Below, in pieces: positions 19,369 to 28,620 of a DNA stretch of 64,000 bases. Origin of the DNA: a virus; IMG/VR virus record IMGVR_UViG_3300008954_000020, positions 1 to 64,000 of that record; one strand, written 5' to 3'. The translations under genes and the position numbers were made by a program. Position 1 is the stretch's first letter; each line of letters opens with the position of its first letter. The notes below the pieces were generated by a model. That model had not been told where the DNA came from. It did no database searches and was given only the letters and a program-made list of their open reading frames with translations.

Positions 19369-19611
19369 CTATAATTCTACCCAAACGCCTTCTTCTTCCA
19401 AATATGTGTAGGTTATGTCGGTGTTTGTGTCTTCCCACTTATCTCCGCTCGATGGGGATGAAGGTTCGGACGAAGACTTAGTAAAAACTGGGCCAGAAAT
19501 CGGCACTTCAACGGACTTCCATCCTGTTCCGTCCCATTCCCAAGTGCGTTCACCGACTGAGTGTTGTGTTCCAACTGGAACTGATTCTGGAAAATTAATT
19601 ATTTTTGTCAT
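19369..19611 (-). CDS. Small fibre-associated protein
   Basis: NFP...TWEWDGTGW and PSSPSSGDKW modules typical of fibre proteins. Confidence 0.6.
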   Translation of the reverse strand: MTKIINFPESVPVGTQHSVGERTWEWDGTGWKSVEVPISGPVFTKSSSEPSSPSSGDKWEDTNTDITYTYLEEEGVWVEL

Positions 19612-19623
19612 TGTTTATGATTC

Positions 19624-21504
19624 CTATGAGAAGTTGATTCCACCAACGAATCCGTAAATTGTAGTTCCTGCATCGATTGTCATAAATGATACAATATCCG
19701 TACCAGACGCTGTAAGTGCAGGAGCATTATCTCCTGGCCATTTCACAGATGAATGCCAAGTTGTTGTGTTTGCACCACCGTTTGTAATAATGAGTGTAAC
19801 CGTTCCTGCTTTACCAGATGCGGGAGGATTGGTGAAAGTGAATTCACAGTCCCCGTTTCCAGTTACGGTCTGAACATTACCATTTTCGAAATCAATCGCA
19901 GTATTACCAGTAATAGTTCCGATAGCATTTACAGTTTCAGCATAATCTTTAAGTTCTGGACGAGTTATTTGAAGGTCGGCAAAGTTCGTGCCGGTAGTAG
20001 TTATTGCCTGTCCAGTAACTCCGCCCGCAAGCAAAGAGATTGTATCAGCACCAAAAGTAAGTTTAGTGTGGCCATCCCCTTTATGCGTTAAGTTCTCTGG
20101 TATGTAAACAGTGGGACTATTTAAATCGATTTGCATACCAGCTGTCATATTAATAGATGAATGACTATCCCGAATGTATATTGTGGAATCATTACCGGCA
20201 CTATCAATATCGCCAACTTTAAAGTTTCTATCACCCTCAAAGTCCATAATAGATGCGCCGGCTGAATTTCGAATGTGATAATTACCGCCCATATAGATGT
20301 CATTGCCAAATGTTACACCACCATACAACTGCGATGCTCCTGAAGCAGAAAGTCCAGCGGATAACTGAGGAACAGAAGAGAAAGTTTTAGTTCCTGATAT
20401 AGTTTGATTGCCTGAAGTAACTACAACAGACGAACCTGTTTGTATTCCTACACCATCGGCAAAGGTAATTCCTTCGGCTCCTAATGTTATTCCAGCAGAT
20501 GCTACAACATTACCACCGAATGTTGCGACTGGTGCAACATTAAATGTTTCACCGCCGGCAGATATACCAGACGAATCCATTGTTAGATATTCTGTACCAC
20601 TGACTTTGAAATTGATATTGCCAGCAGTCACGCCCATATAAGTTGAGGCTGCGTGGTCGAGAGATGCCAGTAATACTTCAACCGCTGAGTGTCCTGCATA
20701 TCTGTTAGAACCTATGGGCGTGGTGAATACATTTCCACTTGCGTTGGTGAATGTATTTATCTCATCCAACTTTGGCACATTAGAGCCTAAGGATAAAATA
20801 TATCTTACAGTATTATTTGGAATGCCTGGTGCGTTGACATTTAACATTGCAATAGCGATGTCATCGGATGATATATCAATGCCTTTGATGTCAGTAATCG
20901 AGCCCTGGCCGGAATAGAACGGCGAACCATCGCCTTGCCTAGAAAAATATTCAATCGAAGCCCTACCCTGTGTATTTCCATTAGAGAATTGTAGATAGGA
21001 AGTTCCCGTAATTCCCATTACTACAGGCCCATTGAACGATGCTGTTCCCGCAGCAGAAAGACCAAGAGGAATATCAACTCCAGCGGATGTTCCTACCATG
21101 AATATGGGGCCCGCACTCAGTGTCATTGTACCACTTGTGAAAACAACTTTGGTGTTGGTATCTCCAATGTGGCGGAGTCCACCAGCCATGTATATGGTGC
21201 CATCGACATTGACATTTTCACCAAATGTTGCTGTTGAACCCACATATAATGTACTGTTTCCAGTTATACCACTAGATGCAGAAAGACCAACAACATTCAG
21301 GGTGAGTGCATCATCGATTTGGTCGTGTGTTATATGTCCTGTCAGTCCATTGAAAGACAGAACGCCAGAAAGATCAACGGTATTACCATAAGTATTACCA
21401 CAAAACAAAATTCCATCTGTAGTATTTACTGCGGGTTCGCCCCATGTCAAACCAGTAGGAATGTATCCTGCTGTTGTTCCTCTTTTTAGTCTAATTGTTG
21501 CCAT
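19624..21504 (-). CDS. Tail-fibre-like protein
   Basis: N-terminal IRLKRG...LTWGEPAVN (Mtd-N-like); G/S/T-rich beta repeats; C-terminal VKWPG..APALTASGTDIVSF domain. Confidence 0.75.
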   Translation of the reverse strand: MATIRLKRGTTAGYIPTGLTWGEPAVNTTDGILFCGNTYGNTVDLSGVLSFNGLTGHITHDQIDDALTLNVVGLSASSGITGNSTLYVGSTATFGENVNVDGTIYMAGGLRHIGDTNTKVVFTSGTMTLSAGPIFMVGTSAGVDIPLGLSAAGTASFNGPVVMGITGTSYLQFSNGNTQGRASIEYFSRQGDGSPFYSGQGSITDIKGIDISSDDIAIAMLNVNAPGIPNNTVRYILSLGSNVPKLDEINTFTNASGNVFTTPIGSNRYAGHSAVEVLLASLDHAASTYMGVTAGNINFKVSGTEYLTMDSSGISAGGETFNVAPVATFGGNVVASAGITLGAEGITFADGVGIQTGSSVVVTSGNQTISGTKTFSSVPQLSAGLSASGASQLYGGVTFGNDIYMGGNYHIRNSAGASIMDFEGDRNFKVGDIDSAGNDSTIYIRDSHSSINMTAGMQIDLNSPTVYIPENLTHKGDGHTKLTFGADTISLLAGGVTGQAITTTGTNFADLQITRPELKDYAETVNAIGTITGNTAIDFENGNVQTVTGNGDCEFTFTNPPASGKAGTVTLIITNGGANTTTWHSSVKWPGDNAPALTASGTDIVSFMTIDAGTTIYGFVGGINFS

Positions 21505-21728
21505 TATCTAACCACCTTTAAGTTCTTTTTATCATCTCGCTGTTTTACAGTTATTCGCTTGTCTGTAATCAACATCTTTACCTTTTTGGTTGTTTTGTTT
21601 TTTACCAAAACCTGATTCGATCCCGTCACGGTAAGTATGGGTTCATCATGGTATATAACAACTCTATTTGCAGATGAAGCAAACGAAAGAGTAGGTTCTA
21701 ATTTATTATGAATCACAACTCTATTCAT
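21504..21728 (-). CDS. Hypothetical beta-rich protein
   Basis: Internal repeat NRVVIH/NRVVIYH; coupled to both neighbours. Confidence 0.5.
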   Translation of the reverse strand: MNRVVIHNKLEPTLSFASSANRVVIYHDEPILTVTGSNQVLVKNKTTKKVKMLITDKRITVKQRDDKKNLKVVR

Positions 21729-22180
21729 TTAGTAATCTCCGATTGAATCTTAAATTCTCCCTCAACCAATCTAGTAATATCATCTACTCCAGAACCCAAA
21801 TCTTTAATTAATTCCAAATCATATCTGTGTTCTCCAGATAGTGCATTTGATAATGCTCCAGCATCGGCAGAAATATAAATTCCACCAGTGGTTCCTACCA
21901 CTCCAGTAGTACCCGCATTAAGTACGATTCCGCCTGTAGCGGCCACACCCGTTGTTCCTGATACATAATATCCAGTAGAACCACCACCCGTTACGCTCGA
22001 AAATGCTGTGCATCCTGCAAAACTTAAAATAATATTTGAACTAGTGGCAGATGGACGGACTTGCATCTGTGCATTATATGGTGCTAAATCGATAGCAGTT
22101 CCACCCGATGTTTGATATTCTAGGTAGAGAGTCCACTTTGTTCCCTGTTCGGCATTGATGTTATACTTTCCTGCTGGCAT
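21725..22180 (-). CDS. Fibre-attachment/BppU-like beta-sandwich protein
   Basis: AGKYNINAEQG...IDL..YNAQMQVR...YDLEL...RLVEG pattern, with a G/T-rich insertion. Confidence 0.6.
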   Translation of the reverse strand: MPAGKYNINAEQGTKWTLYLEYQTSGGTAIDLAPYNAQMQVRPSATSSNIILSFAGCTAFSSVTGGGSTGYYVSGTTGVAATGGIVLNAGTTGVVGTTGGIYISADAGALSNALSGEHRYDLELIKDLGSGVDDITRLVEGEFKIQSEITK

Positions 22181-22196
22181 AGTTATTCCTCCACCT

Positions 22197-22203
22197 TATT
22201 TAT
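22197..22203 (-). promoter_or_regulatory. Late promoter core ATAAATA
   Basis: Directly upstream of the GGAGG SD of the fibre module. Confidence 0.6.
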
Positions 22204-23414
22204 CGTTTTACTTTCTTTCTCTTTTTGAAAGTTCTGGGCTTTTTGGTTTGTTCTACGGATAAAGACATTTCTTGTTGTCTTTTTTGCCTCATAGCAGTCA
22301 TTTTTTCTTTATGTTGTTTATTGGCTGCTTCATATTGTTCTAAGTTTTTACGAAGTCGTTCCTCATATCCATCGGGGAGTTTCATTGACAATAACTTTCT
22401 GGTATGTCGCAATCCTTCATCAAATTCATGAACATAAAATGCTGTAGCAGAAAGTTCATCTAAAACCATGAAGTCGTAAACATCTTTATTTACAAACAAA
22501 ATATCCCATTCAGGAAATTTAATACTCGAAGCTATCTTTGCATACAAATATGCAAGTCTAGGTTGTTCTTTCATGCGAAGATATCTAGACAATTCGTGGA
22601 GTGATTCTGCTCGAATTGGCCGGAAATTCCATGCATTTGTCATGGCCATTACAACTTCTTCCATTGGTTTTTCCAACAACATGGTACACAATCCTATTCG
22701 ATAAAGAGAAAAGTATGTCTCTTCTTCCCATCCGCCCATTGCTGCTCTCTTTTTATATGATTCAATTGCTTTCTCATATTGATGTGAATCAAAATATGAC
22801 TGGGCCAAATAAAACTGATATCTAGAATTATTGGGTTCTTCCTTTAGGGCCTCTTCCAACATGATAGCATCTTTTGTGTATTTTTCAACGGGGGTTTGTC
22901 CCACATTTCTTGCACCCAAAGTTCTGGCCTCTACAGTCCAATCTCCAAATAGTTTTTGTAGTTGGGGTGGTCGGTTTTCTTTGAGCCGAGGGAATTCGTG
23001 TAATACACCCTCATACATCCAACTTCCATCATTCTTGAATGTTTGAATTCTCCACCATTCAAGATTTCCTCTTTTTAATCTAACTTCATAACCTTCTTGA
23101 TTCATGTCATTTGGCCATTTTAAATCACCAACAACCTTATCATCTGCATCAATCATAAAGATATAATCTGTTTTGCCGTTACAAGCATCAAGTGCTAGGC
23201 TTCTGTTGTGACTGAAGTTAACCCATTCGTGTTCTAGAAGTTCGCCAGGAATTCCCCTTTCTTCAAAGAAGTCTTTAATGATTTCTTTGGTGTTGTCGGT
23301 TGAACCTGTATCACAAATGCACCAGTAATCGATGTGGTCTGCAACCGATTCTAAACATTCATGGATGATATGGGACTCATCTTTCACTATCATTGATAAA
23401 CATATTGTACTCAT
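22200..23414 (-). CDS. GT2 glycosyltransferase with C-terminal TPR repeats
   Basis: CLSMIVKDE, DTGSTD, FSHNR, IDADD, GVLHE; TPR-like RYQFYLAQSY and YFSLYRIG helices. Confidence 0.88.
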   Translation of the reverse strand: MSTICLSMIVKDESHIIHECLESVADHIDYWCICDTGSTDNTKEIIKDFFEERGIPGELLEHEWVNFSHNRSLALDACNGKTDYIFMIDADDKVVGDLKWPNDMNQEGYEVRLKRGNLEWWRIQTFKNDGSWMYEGVLHEFPRLKENRPPQLQKLFGDWTVEARTLGARNVGQTPVEKYTKDAIMLEEALKEEPNNSRYQFYLAQSYFDSHQYEKAIESYKKRAAMGGWEEETYFSLYRIGLCTMLLEKPMEEVVMAMTNAWNFRPIRAESLHELSRYLRMKEQPRLAYLYAKIASSIKFPEWDILFVNKDVYDFMVLDELSATAFYVHEFDEGLRHTRKLLSMKLPDGYEERLRKNLEQYEAANKQHKEKMTAMRQKRQQEMSLSVEQTKKPRTFKKRKKVKR

Positions 23415-24310
23415 AATAATTCCTTTTGTTGGTTAATCCAGTCTTCTAATTCCACTTTTGGTTTCCATAATAAAAGATTCTTTGCTTTATTTATGTCAGA
23501 TAAACTGTTCTCTATTTCGGTCGGGCGGGGTTCGATAAGTCGTTGATTGTCTGAAATCATATCAGCGATTTCCTTTATAGAATAAGATGTTCCTGTACCA
23601 ACATTAATAATTTCTCCCGATTTAATTTCTTGTTTAAATGCAGCAATCATGTTTGCTTCAACAACATCTGACACATGAATAAAATCTCTTCGTTGTGTGC
23701 CATCAGGAACAATAGTCAATGGTTCATGGTTTTTCTTTTGGTCTAAAAACTTTCCAATGACTGGAACATATGGGCCACGGATAGGTTGCCGTGCTCCATA
23801 TACATTGAAGTATCGAAATATTACAGTTTCAAGTCCATACACGGACGAATACATTTTGCATAGTTCTTCTCCTGCAACCTTGGTAACTGCATACGGGTTC
23901 AAACAATCATTCTGCATATCTTCTGTGTTTGGAATATTATTTAATCCATATGCGGCCGCAGTTGATGACATTATAATTCGCTTTACTCCATTTTCTCTTG
24001 CGGCTTGAAGAATATTACATGTTCCTAATATATTGGTTTGAACTGCAAGTTGTGGATTTCCTATTGTAGATTGTATTTTTGATTCTGCAGCAAGGTGAAA
24101 CACAACATCAATATTTTCGAATGAATTTTTTATCCATCTATATTTTGCAATGTCCAAGTTTTTATATTCTGCATTTGGATTTTTGTAATATTCTTCATGA
24201 GAATCTGATGATTCGTTATCGATGACTAAAACCTTATGTCCTTCATCAATCAAGGCATCCACAATATGCGACCCGATAAATCCTGCACCGCCTGTTACTA
24301 AAAATTTCAC
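23411..24310 (-). CDS. NAD-dependent NDP-sugar epimerase (GalE-like)
   Basis: TGGAGFIG, YAVTK, RYFNVYG, RDFIHVSD. Confidence 0.9.
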   Translation of the reverse strand: MKFLVTGGAGFIGSHIVDALIDEGHKVLVIDNESSDSHEEYYKNPNAEYKNLDIAKYRWIKNSFENIDVVFHLAAESKIQSTIGNPQLAVQTNILGTCNILQAARENGVKRIIMSSTAAAYGLNNIPNTEDMQNDCLNPYAVTKVAGEELCKMYSSVYGLETVIFRYFNVYGARQPIRGPYVPVIGKFLDQKKNHEPLTIVPDGTQRRDFIHVSDVVEANMIAAFKQEIKSGEIINVGTGTSYSIKEIADMISDNQRLIEPRPTEIENSLSDINKAKNLLLWKPKVELEDWINQQKELL

Positions 24311-24337
24311 TATAATGTTTCCTTTGTCACGAATTTT

Positions 24338-25456
24338 TCAATATTTATTGATAGATTCTATTATATGATATTTTTCATTATCAGCCAACCACCAACCAAC
24401 AGGAATATTTATCATGTGTTTGGTGAACTCATCTACACCCGACAACGAGTATCGGTCAAATTCTTTAAATACAGAATAGGTATCATTCCTTACATGAACG
24501 GAGTCACAGGCAATATCGTACTTATTCATATGTGCCTTAAATTCTTCGATGTCATCTACCAACAAAGAATATATCCATGAGGATGTTTCTGCCCATTCGG
24601 GTCTATCTAGTATCCTTACTTTGTCGTTTGAAATGTTTTCATCATAGAACTTGCAATTGCCTTTGTGAGCTTGGACAATGCCATCGATATATTTTAATTG
24701 TTCTAACCCGATGACAGCATTTATATTATTCATGTGAAACTTATATCCACATTCGAGGATATCTTGTTCCCATTTTGGGCCTTGGTATTTTCTATCAAGA
24801 CCAAACCATCTTAATTTTTTTCCTCTTTCGTATTGCGATTCATCTTTACAATACAAAGCACCACCATCTACTGTTGTCAAGTGCTTGATTGCCTGAAACG
24901 AAAAACAACCATAGTCGCCCACAGTTCCCACAGGTTTACCTTTATACTTTGCACCTATAGCATGAGCAGCATCTTCAATTACTGGAATGTGTTCATCATA
25001 CCATACAGGATAATTCATTTCTTGTACGGTTCTGTCGAAATTCATTAAGGCGTCAACATCAAATGGTTGTCCTGCCCAATGAACACCAACAATTGCTTTA
25101 GTTTTATCGGTGATTCTATTAGCAACATCCTTGGGGCAAATGTTTCCTGTTCTTGGGTCAATATCTGCCCAAACAATCTTCGCACCCCTATGAATTATAG
25201 GTTCATTAGTTGCCATACAAGTCATGGGAGATGATATTACTTCATCGCCAGGCTGAACATCTGCTAGATGATACGCAAGAGATAAAGAAGAAGTTCCGCT
25301 GTTTGTTAATAAAACTGTTTGAGAATCTATAAATTTTTGAAACTCTGATTCAAATCTATCAGAATATTCTCCTTCAGTAATAAATCCACCTTCGAATACT
25401 TCTTCAATTTTTTGACCGATACCTTTTGGGTGGTGAATTTTAAATAATGATATCAT
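24338..25456 (-). CDS. DegT/DnrJ PLP-dependent sugar aminotransferase
   Basis: NSGT, EDAAHA, SFQAIKHLTTVDGG, GYKFHM. Confidence 0.92.
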   Translation of the reverse strand: MISLFKIHHPKGIGQKIEEVFEGGFITEGEYSDRFESEFQKFIDSQTVLLTNSGTSSLSLAYHLADVQPGDEVISSPMTCMATNEPIIHRGAKIVWADIDPRTGNICPKDVANRITDKTKAIVGVHWAGQPFDVDALMNFDRTVQEMNYPVWYDEHIPVIEDAAHAIGAKYKGKPVGTVGDYGCFSFQAIKHLTTVDGGALYCKDESQYERGKKLRWFGLDRKYQGPKWEQDILECGYKFHMNNINAVIGLEQLKYIDGIVQAHKGNCKFYDENISNDKVRILDRPEWAETSSWIYSLLVDDIEEFKAHMNKYDIACDSVHVRNDTYSVFKEFDRYSLSGVDEFTKHMINIPVGWWLADNEKYHIIESINKY

Positions 25457-26448
25457 AAGGTTTCCAACCATTCAGGATGTTCTAAAGTCCATTGTATAGT
25501 ATTACGAAAAGATTCTTCAAAGTTTACAGGCAATTCCCAACCCATAGATTTCATCTTCTCTCCACTTAAACTATATCTAAGATCATGGCCGGGACGGTCA
25601 CTATGAAAATCTACCATTTCATATTTTAAAGGTTTTCCAATTATATCAGCAATTAATTTTGCCAATTCTAAATTGTCTACTTCTTTCTCACCAACTACAT
25701 TGTACTTTTCTCCCACTTCTCCCTTTTCAAGAAGGAACAAAACAGCGGCAGCAATATTACGAGCATGAATATAGAAACGACTACCTGCTCTTTTCTTATC
25801 TGGATATGAATGAATCATTACTGTTTCGTCATTCAGAACCTTTTTGATTACAAGCGGAATGTACTTTTCTACATGTTGTCTTTCACCGAAGGCATTCATG
25901 ACATTAATACTCATAAGAGGAATCTTATATGTGTTTTCGTATGCAACACAAATCTGTTCTGCGGCTGACTTACTTGCAGAATAAGGATTTGTTGGTTTGT
26001 GTCTATCCCACTCACCAAACGCAAAATCATCTGGAGCAGAACCATATACTTCATCCGTGCTAAAGTAGAAAAACATTTCAAGATTCGGTAGGGATTTAGC
26101 ATACTCTAACATCTCTACTGTGCCGTCAATATTATTCCTGAAAAATTCTCTAGGTTGACTTATACTATTGTCAACATGAGACTCAGCAGCCATATGAACA
26201 ATAACATCAACATCACCAAGTTCTTTTCTCAATCCTTCTGTCATCGGTAATGTAACATCATTACAGAATACTTTAAGTCTTGGATTGTCCAGTGCAGGAA
26301 TAGAACGAAGTCTTTCTAATCCCATACTAGCATAACTTAGTTTATCAATAACGACAATATCCCAATCCGTATTTATTAGTAAATGTTCTACCACATGATG
26401 ACCAATGAATCCACATCCGCCTGTCACTATTACTTTTTTCTTTTTCAT
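25453..26448 (-). CDS. rmlB: NDP-glucose 4,6-dehydratase (RmlB-like)
   Basis: TGGCGFIG, AAESHVDNS, STDEVYG, YSASK, DRPGHDLRY. Confidence 0.9.
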   Translation of the reverse strand: MKKKKVIVTGGCGFIGHHVVEHLLINTDWDIVVIDKLSYASMGLERLRSIPALDNPRLKVFCNDVTLPMTEGLRKELGDVDVIVHMAAESHVDNSISQPREFFRNNIDGTVEMLEYAKSLPNLEMFFYFSTDEVYGSAPDDFAFGEWDRHKPTNPYSASKSAAEQICVAYENTYKIPLMSINVMNAFGERQHVEKYIPLVIKKVLNDETVMIHSYPDKKRAGSRFYIHARNIAAAVLFLLEKGEVGEKYNVVGEKEVDNLELAKLIADIIGKPLKYEMVDFHSDRPGHDLRYSLSGEKMKSMGWELPVNFEESFRNTIQWTLEHPEWLETL

Positions 26449-26463
26449 AACATATTCTCCTTC

Positions 26464-27291
26464 TTAACAATATCCATAGTAATCCTTATGGGCAACATCA
26501 CTCGTTGCATTCAAAAATTCATACGCTTCATCGAAATCAACCCCGAAGAAATTTCCGCCCGCATGGTGCAACCTAGTAGGGAATCCCACTTCTCCAAAAA
26601 AGATTCCGTGACGGCCATGCCTGTACCTCTCTTCATCTGGCGCAAGCGTAAACTTACCTATTAGGGATTCTATCTTCTCAAGATTTTCATATTTCATAAC
26701 ATACGGGTCTTCACACCACCAATAATTGTGATGCAATTGCGTCTGACATGTCTCTTTGTTGCGTGGTGTTTCATATTCCACCCATCTGTCGGGTTTTCGG
26801 CCTAGAGGGAAAGTCTTCTTCCCAATTTTTCTAAACTTTTCAGGAGATGCTTTAAACCATTCATCGTGCCACATTGAACCAACGAATAAACAACCTTCAT
26901 CAAAATGATGTTTTATGTCATCGATGTATGTTGGTTTTGCAAACACAAAATCATCTTCCCATGTTCCAAAATACTCACTGACTATGGATTTCTTTTGGAG
27001 CAAATGTTTGTAGACATTCCACATTGATTTCACTGTCCCACCACTATTGGGTTGGGGAAAGACTACCACATCCAGTATATCATCTTGCACTTCCATTATC
27101 TGATTCACTGATTTCATCAACATCATCTCATCTTCGTCACACATCAAAGAAATAACAAGAAGATTCTTGTCATATTCCTTGTCGGTCAAATCAATTGATT
27201 TTACTTTATCAGCATGTTTCCATAGATTTTCGGGCCTATCGTTACCATGCCAATAACACACATTATGAATGTAGTAATACTTGGTGTTCAT
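26464..27291 (-). CDS. Hypothetical protein, probable divergent GT-A glycosyltransferase
   Basis: PNSGGT and WEDD (DxD-like) motifs; lies within the glycan locus. Confidence 0.45.
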   Translation of the reverse strand: MNTKYYYIHNVCYWHGNDRPENLWKHADKVKSIDLTDKEYDKNLLVISLMCDEDEMMLMKSVNQIMEVQDDILDVVVFPQPNSGGTVKSMWNVYKHLLQKKSIVSEYFGTWEDDFVFAKPTYIDDIKHHFDEGCLFVGSMWHDEWFKASPEKFRKIGKKTFPLGRKPDRWVEYETPRNKETCQTQLHHNYWWCEDPYVMKYENLEKIESLIGKFTLAPDEERYRHGRHGIFFGEVGFPTRLHHAGGNFFGVDFDEAYEFLNATSDVAHKDYYGYC

Positions 27292-27707
27292 TTTTTAAGT
27301 TTATTTCTAATTTCGGTTGTTGATGTTTGTTTCGAATATGGAAAATATATGATTTTTACTCCATAATTTTTTAATGTGTTTTCATACTCTATCCATTTGG
27401 ATGATTCATACCAATCATCCCCAACAAATAATATATCATATTTAATTTTTTCGTATGCCTTTACTTTGTCTATTTCATTCTGAGGAATAACAGTATCGAC
27501 ACACCGTATATTACGAACTATTTCAACACGATGCTCATATGGTATAATACACTTTTCCTTTTTGTGTGAAACTATATCATCTATCGTAACGGCCACAATT
27601 AAATGGTCACACATCGATTTTGCATTTCTTAATATATTTAAATGTCCCACATGGAACATATCAAATGAACCACAAGTATATCCTATTATTTTCTTATCTG
27701 GATTCAT
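27288..27707 (-). CDS. tagD: Glycerol-3-phosphate cytidylyltransferase-like (TagD)
   Basis: GSFDMFHVGH (HxGH), VGDDW, TSTTEIR. Confidence 0.88.
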   Translation of the reverse strand: MNPDKKIIGYTCGSFDMFHVGHLNILRNAKSMCDHLIVAVTIDDIVSHKKEKCIIPYEHRVEIVRNIRCVDTVIPQNEIDKVKAYEKIKYDILFVGDDWYESSKWIEYENTLKNYGVKIIYFPYSKQTSTTEIRNKLKK

Positions 27708-28620
27708 TAGTTTTCTTTATCTCCTCTAAGACCATTTCACAAAGAGCATCATAAGTGAAATTTTCTCTAGCGTTTTCGTACCCTTGTTGAGCAATTTTCT
27801 TGGCCTCATTTTCATTTTTTAAATAATACAAAAGCATTTCATTTAATTCGTCTAAGTTTTTGTAATAAATCAAATGTTCTTTGTGATTCAGTCCTCTACT
27901 TTTTGGCACAAGCATATCGTCCACAAAAACCAAAGCTTTTCCAGCCAAAGATTCAAAAAGTCTGAAATCTCCTTCCCAACCGTCTGGATTACAAGAAACA
28001 ACTATTTTGCTATTCTTTATTTGATTGAAATAATCTTTTCCTCCCTCGTAACTATATCCTACACCAACTCTTCCTGCATGGACATTATATTCTGAATGTT
28101 CTTGAGCAAAGTGTTGTGTAAATCTGGATATAACACTTCTATTGTGTCCGTTGTCTTGTTGATTAAAGAAACAACTAACATCAATTTCTCTCTTCCTGTC
28201 CTCTGGTGGATTGTTAAGATAAGAATCCTTTATTGCATAAGTAAGTGGGATATATGGAGAATCATATTTTTTATATTCATAGGGGCTTTTGCTTTTGTCA
28301 ACGCAACTTCTTTTGAAATATAACAGCGGATTACGGCTCATTATACAATTCGTATCACACCCTAAAACATTTCTTTGTTGTTCGTCCGAATCAAAATAAT
28401 CAATAATAATTTCCCTATCTGGATTAAGCGACTCGTTTTGTATTCCTATATCTGGATGCCTGATGATATAGTCAGCCTCATCCTCGTTGGTTACCATTAT
28501 AACTTTTGAGTTTTTTGAAAAAGCATAAGCCATATGGTCTGTGCTATTTTCAAATTGTTCAGGAGTCTGTTGGCCTAAGGCGTTCTCACTATTTTGAAAA
28601 TATATCTTTACTTTATTCAT
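27694..28620 (-). CDS. GT-B glycosyltransferase (CgeB-like C-terminus)
   Basis: SKIVV...FRLFESL...YYLKNENEAKKIAQQG. Confidence 0.75.
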   Translation of the reverse strand: MNKVKIYFQNSENALGQQTPEQFENSTDHMAYAFSKNSKVIMVTNEDEADYIIRHPDIGIQNESLNPDREIIIDYFDSDEQQRNVLGCDTNCIMSRNPLLYFKRSCVDKSKSPYEYKKYDSPYIPLTYAIKDSYLNNPPEDRKREIDVSCFFNQQDNGHNRSVISRFTQHFAQEHSEYNVHAGRVGVGYSYEGGKDYFNQIKNSKIVVSCNPDGWEGDFRLFESLAGKALVFVDDMLVPKSRGLNHKEHLIYYKNLDELNEMLLYYLKNENEAKKIAQQGYENARENFTYDALCEMVLEEIKKTNESR

